Sequence record: LR756501.1
Length of the DNA stretch: 64,000 bases
Reading direction: 5' to 3' (one strand)
The position numbers and the translations under genes were made by a program. A model generated the notes under the pieces. It did no database searches. It was not told the origin of the DNA and was given only the letters and a program-made list of their open reading frames with translations. Positions 29,164-38,702 of the stretch are shown in pieces (positions within the stretch are counted from its first letter, which is position 1; the number at the start of each line of letters is the position of its first letter).

Positions 29164-29897
29164 TTCAAAGTGAATTTAACAGGAATGTTAAACTGAACTC
29201 TTACAGCGTTTCCTCTCTGTTTACCAGGACTCCATTTTGGCATAGACTGAACAACTCTGATAGCCTCTTCGTCACAACCTCCACCGATACCCCTAAGAAC
29301 TTTCACGTTTGAAATAGAACCATCTGCTTCAACTACAAAGGTTACAAAGACTTTACCCTGAATTCCAAGTTCTTTGGCTTCCTCTGGGTACCTGATGTTC
29401 TTACTGAGGAATTCATACATTCCATCAAGTACAGGCTGCTCTTCAACAACTGTGAAGATTTCCGCAGGTTTTGGCTGTTCGATAACAGGAGGAGTAGTTT
29501 CTTCCGTAATAACAACTTCACTTTCGTTGGAAGGTGGTGCGGAAGGGATGTTTGCTAATTCGTCCTGTGTTCCAAAGTTTGTTTCAACGTCATCTTCTAC
29601 AACAGTAGGGGCAACAAACTTTGGAGTGTTGATTGGAGCTGCTGGTGGAGGTGGTGGAGGAGTAAAGTCTTCCTTTGGAGCGTTTAACATTTCAATACCG
29701 ATCTCTCTTTTAAGATCTTTAGAAGTTTTAGTCTTATTCATATAAGAAGCAATAACAGGATAAGCAATAACTGTCCCTAAAAACAGAATACCGATGATAA
29801 GAGAAGTCATAAGGTGTTTACCGTACTTCTTTCTAAGAACATAAGAACCGTATTCTTTGTTCCTTTTCTCAAATAAGATTTCGTCGAAAGGTTTCAT
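29160..29897 (-). CDS. tonB: energy transducer TonB (Bacteroidota type)
   Basis: FDEILFEKRNKEYGSY N-terminus, TM helix, Pro-rich linker, YPEEAKELGIQGKVFVTFVVEADG..GCDEEAIRVV..WSPGKQRG. Confidence 0.92.
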   Translation of the reverse strand: MKPFDEILFEKRNKEYGSYVLRKKYGKHLMTSLIIGILFLGTVIAYPVIASYMNKTKTSKDLKREIGIEMLNAPKEDFTPPPPPPAAPINTPKFVAPTVVEDDVETNFGTQDELANIPSAPPSNESEVVITEETTPPVIEQPKPAEIFTVVEEQPVLDGMYEFLSKNIRYPEEAKELGIQGKVFVTFVVEADGSISNVKVLRGIGGGCDEEAIRVVQSMPKWSPGKQRGNAVRVQFNIPVKFTLN

Positions 29898-29952
29898 AGT
29901 TTTAATTTTATTTTTATAAATATAAGAATTTATTTTAGAAAATCCAAATTTT

Positions 29953-30411
29953 TTACTCAATATCCGTCATTTGATATAAAGCTATTTTATTCTTCACGGA
30001 ATAATTCATATTATCTATATCCTTCAAAGCTATTCTTAAAAATTCTATATGACCGTCAAGAATATCTTTTCTTTGTTCTAATTTAGCCACGTCCCACTCA
30101 ATCAATCTCATTCTTTCTGTGGCGTTGTTTGGATAAGGGGAAAGAGCACCAGCGTAATATTCAAATCTTTCCTTTTTAAAAGCCTTTATCTTTGGCATCA
30201 TTTTAGCCAACTCGTAAACCATATTCTTTATCTGTTCGTTCAATTGCTGGTAAAGACTTATAGTTTCAGCCTGTAAAGGAATAACGTCCTTCGCACTACA
30301 ATTAAGTCTCTTAGATATATCATCTATTGTTTTTGTCCAGTAATCTTCTCTCTCGCCTAATTTGGCAATCAATTTATCGATACCATTACCTTCTTCTTCT
30401 ATTTCGGGCAT
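29953..30411 (-). CDS. uvsY: UvsY-like recombination mediator
   Basis: KERFEYYAG and EFLRIALKDIDNMNYSVKNKI resemble T4 UvsY; near uvsW. Confidence 0.6.
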   Translation of the reverse strand: MPEIEEEGNGIDKLIAKLGEREDYWTKTIDDISKRLNCSAKDVIPLQAETISLYQQLNEQIKNMVYELAKMMPKIKAFKKERFEYYAGALSPYPNNATERMRLIEWDVAKLEQRKDILDGHIEFLRIALKDIDNMNYSVKNKIALYQMTDIE

Positions 30412-30453
30412 ATTAATTCTCTTTATTTTTATAGAATAAATTTATTGTGTTGT

Positions 30454-31200
30454 TTAGATTTTTTTATAAGATATTGTGAAGTAATAATCAAACTTGTATC
30501 TCCTATTATCTTTAATCTGATTGTATATAATCTTAACAGTATCAAGATTGTTCAAATAATCTGGTGTTATTATATTAACATTCTTTATTCTATTTTTCTC
30601 TGTGAAAACTGTTTTATTAAAATTTGGACCTTTTAAAACTTGACCCTTTGTGAATATTGTAGCGTCATTTATTACATCAAAATAATTTGTGTAAAATACT
30701 AACTCTGATATATTATATCTGTTTAATAAGTTGGCGTCGATATAATCATTAATATAAGTGTTTACGTTCCTTTCCACTAAATCTTCACTCTTAATCGTTT
30801 TAAATACCCTACTTTCTTTAAGACGTAAGAAAAGATATTCTCTTAATATATTCTTTGCGTTAATAACCATAATCCATTCAAAATTCTTATTCCTAGCATC
30901 CACACTTGGATCTATTTGACTATAAACATCTATGGAGTGATTTTCGTACTTAACGTCATCCAAACTCCTTAATATGTTTACCTCTGGGTGAAGTAAGTTT
31001 ATATCATAGTATTGATAATGATCATTTTGTATATTAACCTTATCAACAACTTCTGAATATTGTATAGATATATCGTTAACATAAATGTCGTCTTCAATAT
31101 CAATAAGTTTACTACCAAAGAAACTTTTTATCTCCTTGGCTGATCTAACACCTTTTGCTGTGGTTGTTTCGTATTTTCTTATTATTAAATTACTTTTCAT
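30454..31200 (-). CDS. hypothetical protein (start MKSNL)
   Basis: ATATATA box 5 nt upstream of ATG 31200. Confidence 0.65.
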   Translation of the reverse strand: MKSNLIIRKYETTTAKGVRSAKEIKSFFGSKLIDIEDDIYVNDISIQYSEVVDKVNIQNDHYQYYDINLLHPEVNILRSLDDVKYENHSIDVYSQIDPSVDARNKNFEWIMVINAKNILREYLFLRLKESRVFKTIKSEDLVERNVNTYINDYIDANLLNRYNISELVFYTNYFDVINDATIFTKGQVLKGPNFNKTVFTEKNRIKNVNIITPDYLNNLDTVKIIYNQIKDNRRYKFDYYFTISYKKI

Positions 31201-31205
31201 GTATC

Positions 31206-31249
31206 TATATATTAAAAAATTAAACATCGAAATTAAAAATCAATATATA
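31206..31249. promoter_or_regulatory. divergent ATATATA boxes (31206-31214 -, 31242-31249 +)
   Basis: Intergenic between divergent genes. Confidence 0.45.
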
Positions 31250-31359
31250 AAATATGAAAATTTCATTACAAGAGTTTAAAGATAGATGAATAAAGTACGA
31301 TATGAATCTGAACGATAAATTCAATGAAATTTTAAATTTCATAAAAAATAAAAAATTAT

Positions 31360-32922
31360 ATGAAATTTAAATTAAACGAAAGTAATACAAAATTGACCCT
31401 AGTGGAAGCCAATAAAGACGAATATGCCCAGTTGAAATTGAGCATGAGCAAGTACGTTAAGAATTATTTTTTTCAAGCTAAATATAAAATGACCAAATGG
31501 GACGGAAGAATTAGTTATATGTCTGAGGCTGGTGTAATTAATTTCGGCCTTTGGTACGAAGCGTATAAAGTATGTAAAGAATACGGTTATCCTTTTCAAA
31601 TAGTTAATAAAGAACAATTTCCAATTGATAGAACAATAGTAAAAGAAGACGTCGAGAAATTCTGTATAGATTTCCTTAAAGATCACAAGGACGAAAAAGA
31701 TCCTAACAAACCATTTACTGCCTACGAACACCAAATGGAAGCAGTATATAAAATCCTTAAACATAAATACGGTATTATTGAAGTCGCTACATCTGGTGGT
31801 AAATCATTAATATTTTGTCTTACTGTATTCTATTATCTAAAACACATAAACCCCAACGCTAAGATATTATTAGTTGTACCTAGTATTGGTTTAGTTACAC
31901 AGTTTTATAATGAAATTCATAATCTCAATCTTGGTTTCTATCAGGAAAATAAAAATCCATTAGAGATAAGAATAGATGAGATCATGAGTGATAAACCAAG
32001 AAAACATTTTGGAGGTGAACCCAATATTTATATTGGTGTATTCAATAGTCTTTTAAATTGGCCAGTAGAATGGTTCAGCCAATTTGATATAATATCAGTA
32101 GATGAAGGCCATTATATGAAAGCAAAGTCATTGATAGATATTATGGAAAGAACATTCGAAACATCTAAAATTAGATTTGGTATGAGTGGTAGTTATCCAG
32201 CAGAAGGATCAGCCGAACTCTTTACTATTGAATCACTTACAGGTCCAAAACTTATAAACATTAAAGCTAAAGATTTGATGGAGAAGGGTATTATATCTAA
32301 AGTGAAGATAAAGGGATTAATATTAAATCATAACGATAGAAGTTTTGCTGAGAACGTATTTGCTATTAAAAGAGGTGGCAACGGTAAAAAGGCGTGGGAA
32401 TTAGAAAGAAATTACGCTCAGGCTTCTTTACCAAGAAAAATATTCCTTAGTAAGTTAGTTGGTAAATTTAAACAGAATTCCATTGTGTTATTTCAGAATA
32501 TAGCTTACGGAACAGAATTGTATAATTATTTCAGAGATAATATACCAGGAAAAGATTTTTATTATATTGACGGTGGTACTTCAAAAGACAAAAGGGAAGC
32601 TATTAGAAAAGAATTAGAAAACACAGAAGGGAATGTTAAAATTCTTGTGGGTTCATTTGGCACAATGAGTACAGGTATCAACATTAAGGCCATTGTGAAT
32701 CTCGTGTTTGCTGACTCGTTCAAAAGCGACAGGGTAGTGAGACAAAGCATAGGTAGAGCACTTAGATTACATAAGGATAAGGACAAAGCTATTATTTTTG
32801 ATATAGTAGATCAATTTCACCCAGACTATAAGGGGACGTTGTTTCATCATTTCCAGTCTAGGAAAAATGAAATTTACATTCCACAATCTTATCCTTATGA
32901 AGAATTAAAATGCACAGTTTAG
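31360..32922 (+). CDS. uvsW: UvsW-like SF2 DNA helicase
   Basis: KWDGRI N-terminus, ATSGGKS, DEGH, GMSGS, STGINIK, QSIGRALR. Confidence 0.9.
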   Translation: MKFKLNESNTKLTLVEANKDEYAQLKLSMSKYVKNYFFQAKYKMTKWDGRISYMSEAGVINFGLWYEAYKVCKEYGYPFQIVNKEQFPIDRTIVKEDVEKFCIDFLKDHKDEKDPNKPFTAYEHQMEAVYKILKHKYGIIEVATSGGKSLIFCLTVFYYLKHINPNAKILLVVPSIGLVTQFYNEIHNLNLGFYQENKNPLEIRIDEIMSDKPRKHFGGEPNIYIGVFNSLLNWPVEWFSQFDIISVDEGHYMKAKSLIDIMERTFETSKIRFGMSGSYPAEGSAELFTIESLTGPKLINIKAKDLMEKGIISKVKIKGLILNHNDRSFAENVFAIKRGGNGKKAWELERNYAQASLPRKIFLSKLVGKFKQNSIVLFQNIAYGTELYNYFRDNIPGKDFYYIDGGTSKDKREAIRKELENTEGNVKILVGSFGTMSTGINIKAIVNLVFADSFKSDRVVRQSIGRALRLHKDKDKAIIFDIVDQFHPDYKGTLFHHFQSRKNEIYIPQSYPYEELKCTV

Positions 32923-32949
32923 ACCTCAAATCCGGAATATATATGTTAC

Positions 32950-33255
32950 ATGTCTTACATATATTTAATGGAATCCATAAGAGATTACGATACAGTTTAT
33001 AAAATAGGATATTCCAAGAGTCCTAATCAACGTCTTAATAACGTACAAACTGGGAATGACGGAAACGTTAAAGTATTGTACCAGTTTGAGAGCAAACACG
33101 GAAGAAAAGTTGAATCTGCTTTACATTCTTTTTACTCACACTACCATAAAAATATGGAATGGTTCGCCCTTGATTTAAAGGCTGTACAACAATTTATACC
33201 TCTGTGTAGAAAAACAGAGGATAATTTAGACCATTTAGAAAAGTTCAAATTTTAA
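32950..33255 (+). CDS. GIY-YIG / T5orf172-like nuclease domain protein
   Basis: YIYLM, YKIGYS, RLNNVQTGN, ESALH, EWF. Confidence 0.75.
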   Translation: MSYIYLMESIRDYDTVYKIGYSKSPNQRLNNVQTGNDGNVKVLYQFESKHGRKVESALHSFYSHYHKNMEWFALDLKAVQQFIPLCRKTEDNLDHLEKFKF

Positions 33256-33257
33256 TT

Positions 33258-33266
33258 TTATATATA
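33258..33266 (+). promoter_or_regulatory. TTATATATA box heading the five-gene tagged array
   Basis: 5 nt upstream of ATG 33272. Confidence 0.45.
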
Positions 33267-33271
33267 GGTTT

Positions 33272-33598
33272 ATGAAGAAAATTTCTAAACTTATAGAAGA
33301 GGAATATAAATTAACAGAAAGTGTTAATTCTAATGATCCATATGGTGAAGAAGACTGGGACGAAGATTACGATGTAATCTTTGAAAGACCTGGTTTTATC
33401 GCCAAACACAAGAAAGGCGGTAGTGTTGGCGAGTGGACTTGGAATGTTAATATTCCCAATTATTGGCTTCACGTGATAGAAAAAAATCCAGAATGGGCAA
33501 ATCATGCTGATAAAAAAGAATTTTATTGTGGTTTCTTGGCTGGGTTTACATTGGCTGACGAGTTTTACGAAAAAATAAAAGGGCAGTCGCGTGATTAA
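33272..33598 (+). CDS. hypothetical, N-terminal DPYGEEDW tag (array gene 1)
   Basis: MKKISKLIEEEYKLTESVNSNDPYGEEDWD. Confidence 0.75.
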   Translation: MKKISKLIEEEYKLTESVNSNDPYGEEDWDEDYDVIFERPGFIAKHKKGGSVGEWTWNVNIPNYWLHVIEKNPEWANHADKKEFYCGFLAGFTLADEFYEKIKGQSRD

Positions 33599-33872
33599 GA
33601 AATTCAAAATATTTGAGTTAAATACACCTGAAGATCCATATGGTGAAGAAGAATGGGAAGCACCAACTGGTTATTTCTATGTTTATAGACATAGAAACGA
33701 TGTGGATCAACAGTACGCTGAAGAATATTTTAAGAAGAAAAAACCTAGAATTTACGCTAGTTTTGAAGAAGCTGATAGAGCTTTAGATAGAGATTGTTTT
33801 GACGATTGTGGTGAGGCAATTTTCGCTTTACTTCCCGATGGTAAGATAAAAAGAGAAAGATTCAGAAGATGA
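33591..33872 (+). CDS. hypothetical, N-terminal leader + DPYGEEEW (array gene 2)
   Basis: GTG start; MIKKFKIFELNTPEDPYGEEEWE. Confidence 0.75.
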   Translation: MIKKFKIFELNTPEDPYGEEEWEAPTGYFYVYRHRNDVDQQYAEEYFKKKKPRIYASFEEADRALDRDCFDDCGEAIFALLPDGKIKRERFRR

Positions 33873-34339
33873 TAAGGAAATATAAATTATTTGAATTAAA
33901 AGGACACGAAGACGTCGATCCTTACGGTGAAGAAGACTGGGACGTTGGTGATGATGATATTATCAGAAAGATGAGAAAAGAGCTTCTTCATTATTTTAAT
34001 GAGTTATATGGTGATAAATACGATGATAAAATTAAAACAATGAAATTTGTTCCAAATAAAGAAGAATATATTTACGAGATAGTTAGTTATACAGATGAAG
34101 GTAGGAAAAATGGAACATTAGGATTCGTTGAGGCTAGATCCAAAACAGAAGCAAGAGTTATATATGTTCTTTGGGAAATGGTTAATAAAGTTAAACCGCG
34201 AGGAATTAGTGATATTCTATTTACAGGATTCTACGGGGCTGAAAGGATAACCAGAGCAGAGATTGAAAATAAAATAGCCTATCACTATCAAAAATTAAGT
34301 GAACTGGAAAACATAAAAGACTTTTCAGAATTTATGTAA
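33869..34339 (+). CDS. hypothetical, N-terminal leader + DPYGEEDW (array gene 3)
   Basis: MIRKYKLFELKGHEDVDPYGEEDWD. Confidence 0.75.
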   Translation: MIRKYKLFELKGHEDVDPYGEEDWDVGDDDIIRKMRKELLHYFNELYGDKYDDKIKTMKFVPNKEEYIYEIVSYTDEGRKNGTLGFVEARSKTEARVIYVLWEMVNKVKPRGISDILFTGFYGAERITRAEIENKIAYHYQKLSELENIKDFSEFM

Positions 34340-34794
34340 TGATAAAGAAATTCAGAATATTTGAAAACGATGAATTAGATCCTTACGGTGAAGAGATTTG
34401 GGATCAACCAAATCAAAGTGTTCTTCACGCTCTTAATTTATTAGGTGATTATCACAACGAAATAGCAGAAAACACATGGAACCAAAAGATTGAAATGACT
34501 GGTTCTGTTTGGCATATATTCGGTGATTCTGAATATGTGATAGTGACTGATAAAGGGGTTTACGCTTTTAGAATAACAGAAGACAATTGTGTTCCAGATT
34601 ACTTAGGCGCAGACGATAATGGACTAGATTTATTTATAGGGTACGATACTCTATATCATAATCACTATGGCGTTTCACCTGATGGTTTTTCAATTAAACC
34701 ATCTTTTAAAGAAATATTTGAAAAATCATTTAAAGATTTGAATGTAGATTTAACAATCACATCAGTATATAGAAAAAAATTAGTACTACAATGA
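34339..34794 (+). CDS. hypothetical, N-terminal leader + DPYGEEIW (array gene 4)
   Basis: MIKKFRIFENDELDPYGEEIWD. Confidence 0.75.
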   Translation: MIKKFRIFENDELDPYGEEIWDQPNQSVLHALNLLGDYHNEIAENTWNQKIEMTGSVWHIFGDSEYVIVTDKGVYAFRITEDNCVPDYLGADDNGLDLFIGYDTLYHNHYGVSPDGFSIKPSFKEIFEKSFKDLNVDLTITSVYRKKLVLQ

Positions 34795-35279
34795 TAAAGA
34801 AATTTAGATTATTCGAAGCATCCCACGACGACGTTGATCCATATGGTGAAGAGATATGGGATGATATTATGGGATTTGAAATTAAGAAAGTTGGACTAAA
34901 AGACGGTGGTTATTACTATTTTGCCTCTTTCCACGATCAAGAACCTGTTAACAGACCAGGTAGTATATTTCAATTTCAAGGTGTAATGGAAAATAACTAT
35001 CTCCTAGCCATTGGTGATATGTTCAATAATGGATATTCTTTTAGATTTTATCCGATGCCAGATTGGGAATGGGTGGAATTAACACAAGAAGAAAAGGACG
35101 CATTCTTCAATGATGAATTGGAAGTTAAAGTCTTCCATCTTTTTGCTAGAAAAGGTTTCATGGGTAGAAGAGGAGATCCAGATGAAAATGAAGGAGAGAT
35201 GAAAGATTTAAAGTTTTCTGAAATTCTTAAAATATTTAATATCACCAAGGAAGAATTCATAATGGCTAAAAATCAATAA
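34791..35279 (+). CDS. hypothetical, N-terminal leader + DPYGEEIW (array gene 5)
   Basis: MIKKFRLFEASHDDVDPYGEEIWD. Confidence 0.75.
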   Translation: MIKKFRLFEASHDDVDPYGEEIWDDIMGFEIKKVGLKDGGYYYFASFHDQEPVNRPGSIFQFQGVMENNYLLAIGDMFNNGYSFRFYPMPDWEWVELTQEEKDAFFNDELEVKVFHLFARKGFMGRRGDPDENEGEMKDLKFSEILKIFNITKEEFIMAKNQ

Positions 35280-35310
35280 TCTTTTTTACCATTTTAGCAT
35301 ATATAGTTTC

Positions 35311-35655
35311 ATGGAATATAAACTAGAACCAAAACGTAAAAGCGAAGTTCAATTTAACGGTCGTGTGGAAAGTGACGCCAACTGGGCTGTTCCATATGTA
35401 TCAAACGTTAAACAAGAATTTGATCAAAGATTCAACGAACTTAAAGAACAGTACGAACAATTAATGGATGAAGTTCATTGGAATAATATAGTCTACGGTG
35501 TTAATATTAAATTCAAACCAGTTATAGGTAAAACATACTACTTATACAAAAATGATAATGATTTTACTCTATCTATGATAGCCCCTTGGGAATGGAGCAA
35601 AGAACATCTTGGTACATTTAGATTTGATCACACAGGTAAATGGGTTAAGCTATAA
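35311..35655 (+). CDS. DUF2452-like protein
   Basis: FKPVIGKTYYLY..LSMIAPWEW..FRFDHTGKW; CATATATA box at 35298-35305. Confidence 0.65.
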   Translation: MEYKLEPKRKSEVQFNGRVESDANWAVPYVSNVKQEFDQRFNELKEQYEQLMDEVHWNNIVYGVNIKFKPVIGKTYYLYKNDNDFTLSMIAPWEWSKEHLGTFRFDHTGKWVKL

Positions 35656-36283
35656 TTGTAATTGACGTACCACCGTCTTTTAAAGTGGCTTTGATTTCGT
35701 CGTTACTCATAATATCTTTAAATATCGCGTCCTTATTCTGAACATTCTGTAAATTCCAATCATTACCAGCGTTAGATGTTTTAAAAATATAATTCTTTCC
35801 ACCTCTCTTTATTTCTATCGTCTTACTGGATAACTTATCGTAGAAATTTCTTATATTCTCATTTACCTTATACATCTTTATAGCTTCCCATTTATTCGAC
35901 CCCCTTGCTCTTGATTGAAATACAATGTACTCGGGTTTTGGTTCAAGCTCAGAATCTTCCTTCTTAAATATTAAAAAGAATTTTATATCAAGAGTCTTAT
36001 CAAGGAAAGTTTCACAATCTTTAGAATATTCTATGTTATTCTTTTTGAACCCTTTAGCGTCTAATTTTTTGAGGAATTCTGGATCTTTTGAGAGAACATC
36101 AATATCATTTATATTTTCAGAGTTAAAATCAATTACGTCACCAATGAGAACTTGTTCGGCGTTAATAGATTTTAAAAGGGTTTCAGAGTCAGTAACAATA
36201 CTTTCCAACACGTTGGCGTCGTTAACAATCTCTTTCATTTCTAAATCTTCTTTAACAAATTTATTATACCCTTTGATTCTCAT
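35645..36283 (-). CDS. hypothetical protein (start MRIKGYNKFVKE)
   Basis: Start placed at leader-like Met overlapping end of upstream gene. Confidence 0.65.
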   Translation of the reverse strand: MRIKGYNKFVKEDLEMKEIVNDANVLESIVTDSETLLKSINAEQVLIGDVIDFNSENINDIDVLSKDPEFLKKLDAKGFKKNNIEYSKDCETFLDKTLDIKFFLIFKKEDSELEPKPEYIVFQSRARGSNKWEAIKMYKVNENIRNFYDKLSSKTIEIKRGGKNYIFKTSNAGNDWNLQNVQNKDAIFKDIMSNDEIKATLKDGGTSITIIA

Positions 36284-37469
36284 ATCTGTAATTTTTTTTA
36301 TCGTAGGTCTGTTGATCCTGACCGTATTCGTCTCTTTCAAATATCTGAATATCAATCTTCCTGGCTAAAGTTAATAGGATTTGAGACTCTTTGTAGTGTT
36401 TAATTATAATCATATTATCGTCTGCTGGGGTAGTAGTATCTGCTGTTATTTTATTTCTATGAAAATATATAATCATTTCCCATTTATCTGCTGGTCTTTT
36501 AACGTCTATTCTCAAATAAGATTTTGGTGGTTGGTTGAGATTAATTTTAGTTCTAAACCATTCTTCGTTCTTTGGGTAAGGTCTGTACCAAGTAAGTTTA
36601 TTTTCTTTAGTTTCCTTGTAAATTTTCATTTTCAATTGTACTTCAGATTTTTCTTTTCCTTTTTCGTCTTCTTCTGATGTGGAAGTGGACGCAGGCATGT
36701 CGTCATTCAACATTTTCAATCTTTCGTACTGTTCCTCAGATATGAAATCACTTTCGGGACAAACGTCTCCTAGAATTTTCATAAGTCCTGTAAGAGGATT
36801 ATAAAATTCTATTTTATAAGGAGTATCTTTCTTTAGTCTTTTAATTCTATCACCAACGTAATAAACAGTATCACCAGACTTAAATTTTTTAACAAATGAG
36901 TCGTAATTACTAACTGTTGGTTTATTTGAAGCCGACCTAGACACGTCGCCAGATTTTTTCNNNNNNNNNNNNNNNNNNNNNGATATAAAATCTCTATTAA
37001 TTACACTAACTGGTATTTGTCCCCATTCATTGTTAGCGAAAATATCAAATACGTTTGTGTTTCTATTAGCCCATAATCTGAAAGCGTGGTCGTGATCGAA
37101 CTGGTCGTCGTCACCATTATAGTAAACAACGTCACCATTTCTAAAATCATTTTTCTTTACGGGGGTAGCTATTCCAGATTCTTTCCAAGATTGTCTTCTT
37201 TTTTCTTCGTTATATTCCATTTCCGAAATGAAATCATCTACTGAGAAATATGGAGCTCTACCATCTGGTAATCTAATAGAAAGACCGTAATACGATTCAG
37301 ATTTTGGACGACACTCAACGACCTTATAAGGAGTATCGTGTTTTACTACAGCCACGGGTCCAGATCCCTTACCACCACCAGTTGTTCCAGTGTAATATAT
37401 AGTATCACCACGTTTAAATTTAGCTTTATAAAGTGGAGTTTTATTAGGTCTATTAGCTACAGTAGTCAT
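36264..37469 (-). CDS. hypothetical with three F-x-x-G-D-x-[IV]-YY modules; spans assembly gap
   Basis: KFKRGDTIYY, DFRNGDVVYY, KFKSGDTVYY; frame across Ns unverified. Confidence 0.6.
   Translation of the reverse strand: MTTVANRPNKTPLYKAKFKRGDTIYYTGTTGGGKGSGPVAVVKHDTPYKVVECRPKSESYYGLSIRLPDGRAPYFSVDDFISEMEYNEEKRRQSWKESGIATPVKKNDFRNGDVVYYNGDDDQFDHDHAFRLWANRNTNVFDIFANNEWGQIPVSVINRDFIXXXXXXXXKKSGDVSRSASNKPTVSNYDSFVKKFKSGDTVYYVGDRIKRLKKDTPYKIEFYNPLTGLMKILGDVCPESDFISEEQYERLKMLNDDMPASTSTSEEDEKGKEKSEVQLKMKIYKETKENKLTWYRPYPKNEEWFRTKINLNQPPKSYLRIDVKRPADKWEMIIYFHRNKITADTTTPADDNMIIIKHYKESQILLTLARKIDIQIFERDEYGQDQQTYDKKNYRYENQRV
36961..36981. other. assembly gap (21 N)
   Basis: Run of n. Confidence 1.
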
Positions 37470-37873
37470 TTCTTATCTTGTTTTTTTTCAAGATTAGGTA
37501 ATATAATTTCAAGAAGATTGGATAATTTTAATTGTCCTGTCGATATTCTTCTACAAAAGATTTCTTTCTTGTTATTTTTACGCATATAAATATCCAACGT
37601 AATTACATTTGAAAACATATCCTGAAATTCATAACCAAACATTTCGTTCTCGTATTCATCCTCAATTAGTTGATCAGATATTTTAAAAATTGTATCGACT
37701 GCTGTTTCACCGTATTTTTCAACTACATTTGTATATATCATATCGTCTTCACCGAACCAATGAAGTCTGCCTTTCTTAGTATCTTCCATTAAAAGGTCAA
37801 TAATATCGATATCAGATTTTTTGAATCTTTGTAAATCTGAACCGTTTTTAATTAATTCGGCAATTCTTGGCAT
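37466..37873 (-). CDS. hypothetical protein
   Basis: 135 aa; TAATATATA box at 37896-37904. Confidence 0.65.
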   Translation of the reverse strand: MPRIAELIKNGSDLQRFKKSDIDIIDLLMEDTKKGRLHWFGEDDMIYTNVVEKYGETAVDTIFKISDQLIEDEYENEMFGYEFQDMFSNVITLDIYMRKNNKKEIFCRRISTGQLKLSNLLEIILPNLEKKQDKK

Positions 37874-37907
37874 GAAATTTCAATTTAGTTTAAACTATAT
37901 ATTAAAA

Positions 37908-38702
37908 CTAAATTTCAATAAAATTTATAGGAATCTCCTGGTGACAGGATATGTTTTCAAATCCTTCAAATGGAGTCAAATCTATTTTTTTACCTGATAA
38001 AAATTGTTCATTCAAATACTCAGCAGTTACGTTACCGTGAACATTATCATTCCAATCTTGTACTTTATTTACAGGATTATTTACTATAACAGATTTATCG
38101 TAACAAATAAGTTTAGGATGATATAACGGATTCATAGCCATCTGAGACTCTAAAGAGTTTGGACCGTCATATCTTATATTTAAAATATAATAATAAATAT
38201 CTCTACTCCTAAAGAAGTGTCCGTCTAAAGACATAGGATAACCGTAATCACCAGTTTGACCTTTCCATAAGAATACATTCTCATTAAATTGAGGCGGTAT
38301 TTGTTTTAAATTGGCTGAATAACAATATGTTAATCTTGGGTGAAGTCTTAGAGATAAAGCCAAAACGTCGCCGTGAGTATCAAAGTATTTAAATTTATCA
38401 TCTTTAATAGAAAATGGTTCTTTAAATACTATATCGTCTACAAAGAAAACTGTATATTTTTCTTTTTTATCGAAAATGTTTATGAGACAATTTTGAAATC
38501 CAACGTCATTTTGCCAAATCAGATTTTTATCTGGGTGAATTTCTTTTAATTTTTCGTAACCTTTATCGAATTCGTAACCAACACTTTTATATAATATTTT
38601 AATTTGAAACTCTTCGAACTCCTTGAAATATTTTTTCATAGAACGAATCAATAATTCAAGTTGAGAAGCCCTATTTTTCGAGAATAATATGATATTTAGC
38701 AT
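37908..38702 (-). CDS. glycosyltransferase-like (GT-A) protein
   Basis: IILFSKNRASQL N-terminal strand, FFVDD acidic motif. Confidence 0.6.
   Translation of the reverse strand: MLNIILFSKNRASQLELLIRSMKKYFKEFEEFQIKILYKSVGYEFDKGYEKLKEIHPDKNLIWQNDVGFQNCLINIFDKKEKYTVFFVDDIVFKEPFSIKDDKFKYFDTHGDVLALSLRLHPRLTYCYSANLKQIPPQFNENVFLWKGQTGDYGYPMSLDGHFFRSRDIYYYILNIRYDGPNSLESQMAMNPLYHPKLICYDKSVIVNNPVNKVQDWNDNVHGNVTAEYLNEQFLSGKKIDLTPFEGFENISCHQEIPINFIEI

Noticed and set aside
33335-34859. DPYGEE-coding repeats as a CRISPR array or integron attC-like DNA repeat
   Set aside because: Spacing is 280-460 nt and equals gene length, copies vary at third codon positions, are not palindromic and are always in frame; no cas or integrase seen. 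A secondary role as recombination homology is not excluded.
36961-36981. Biological feature at the N run
   Set aside because: Scaffold gap; true length and reading frame unknown.
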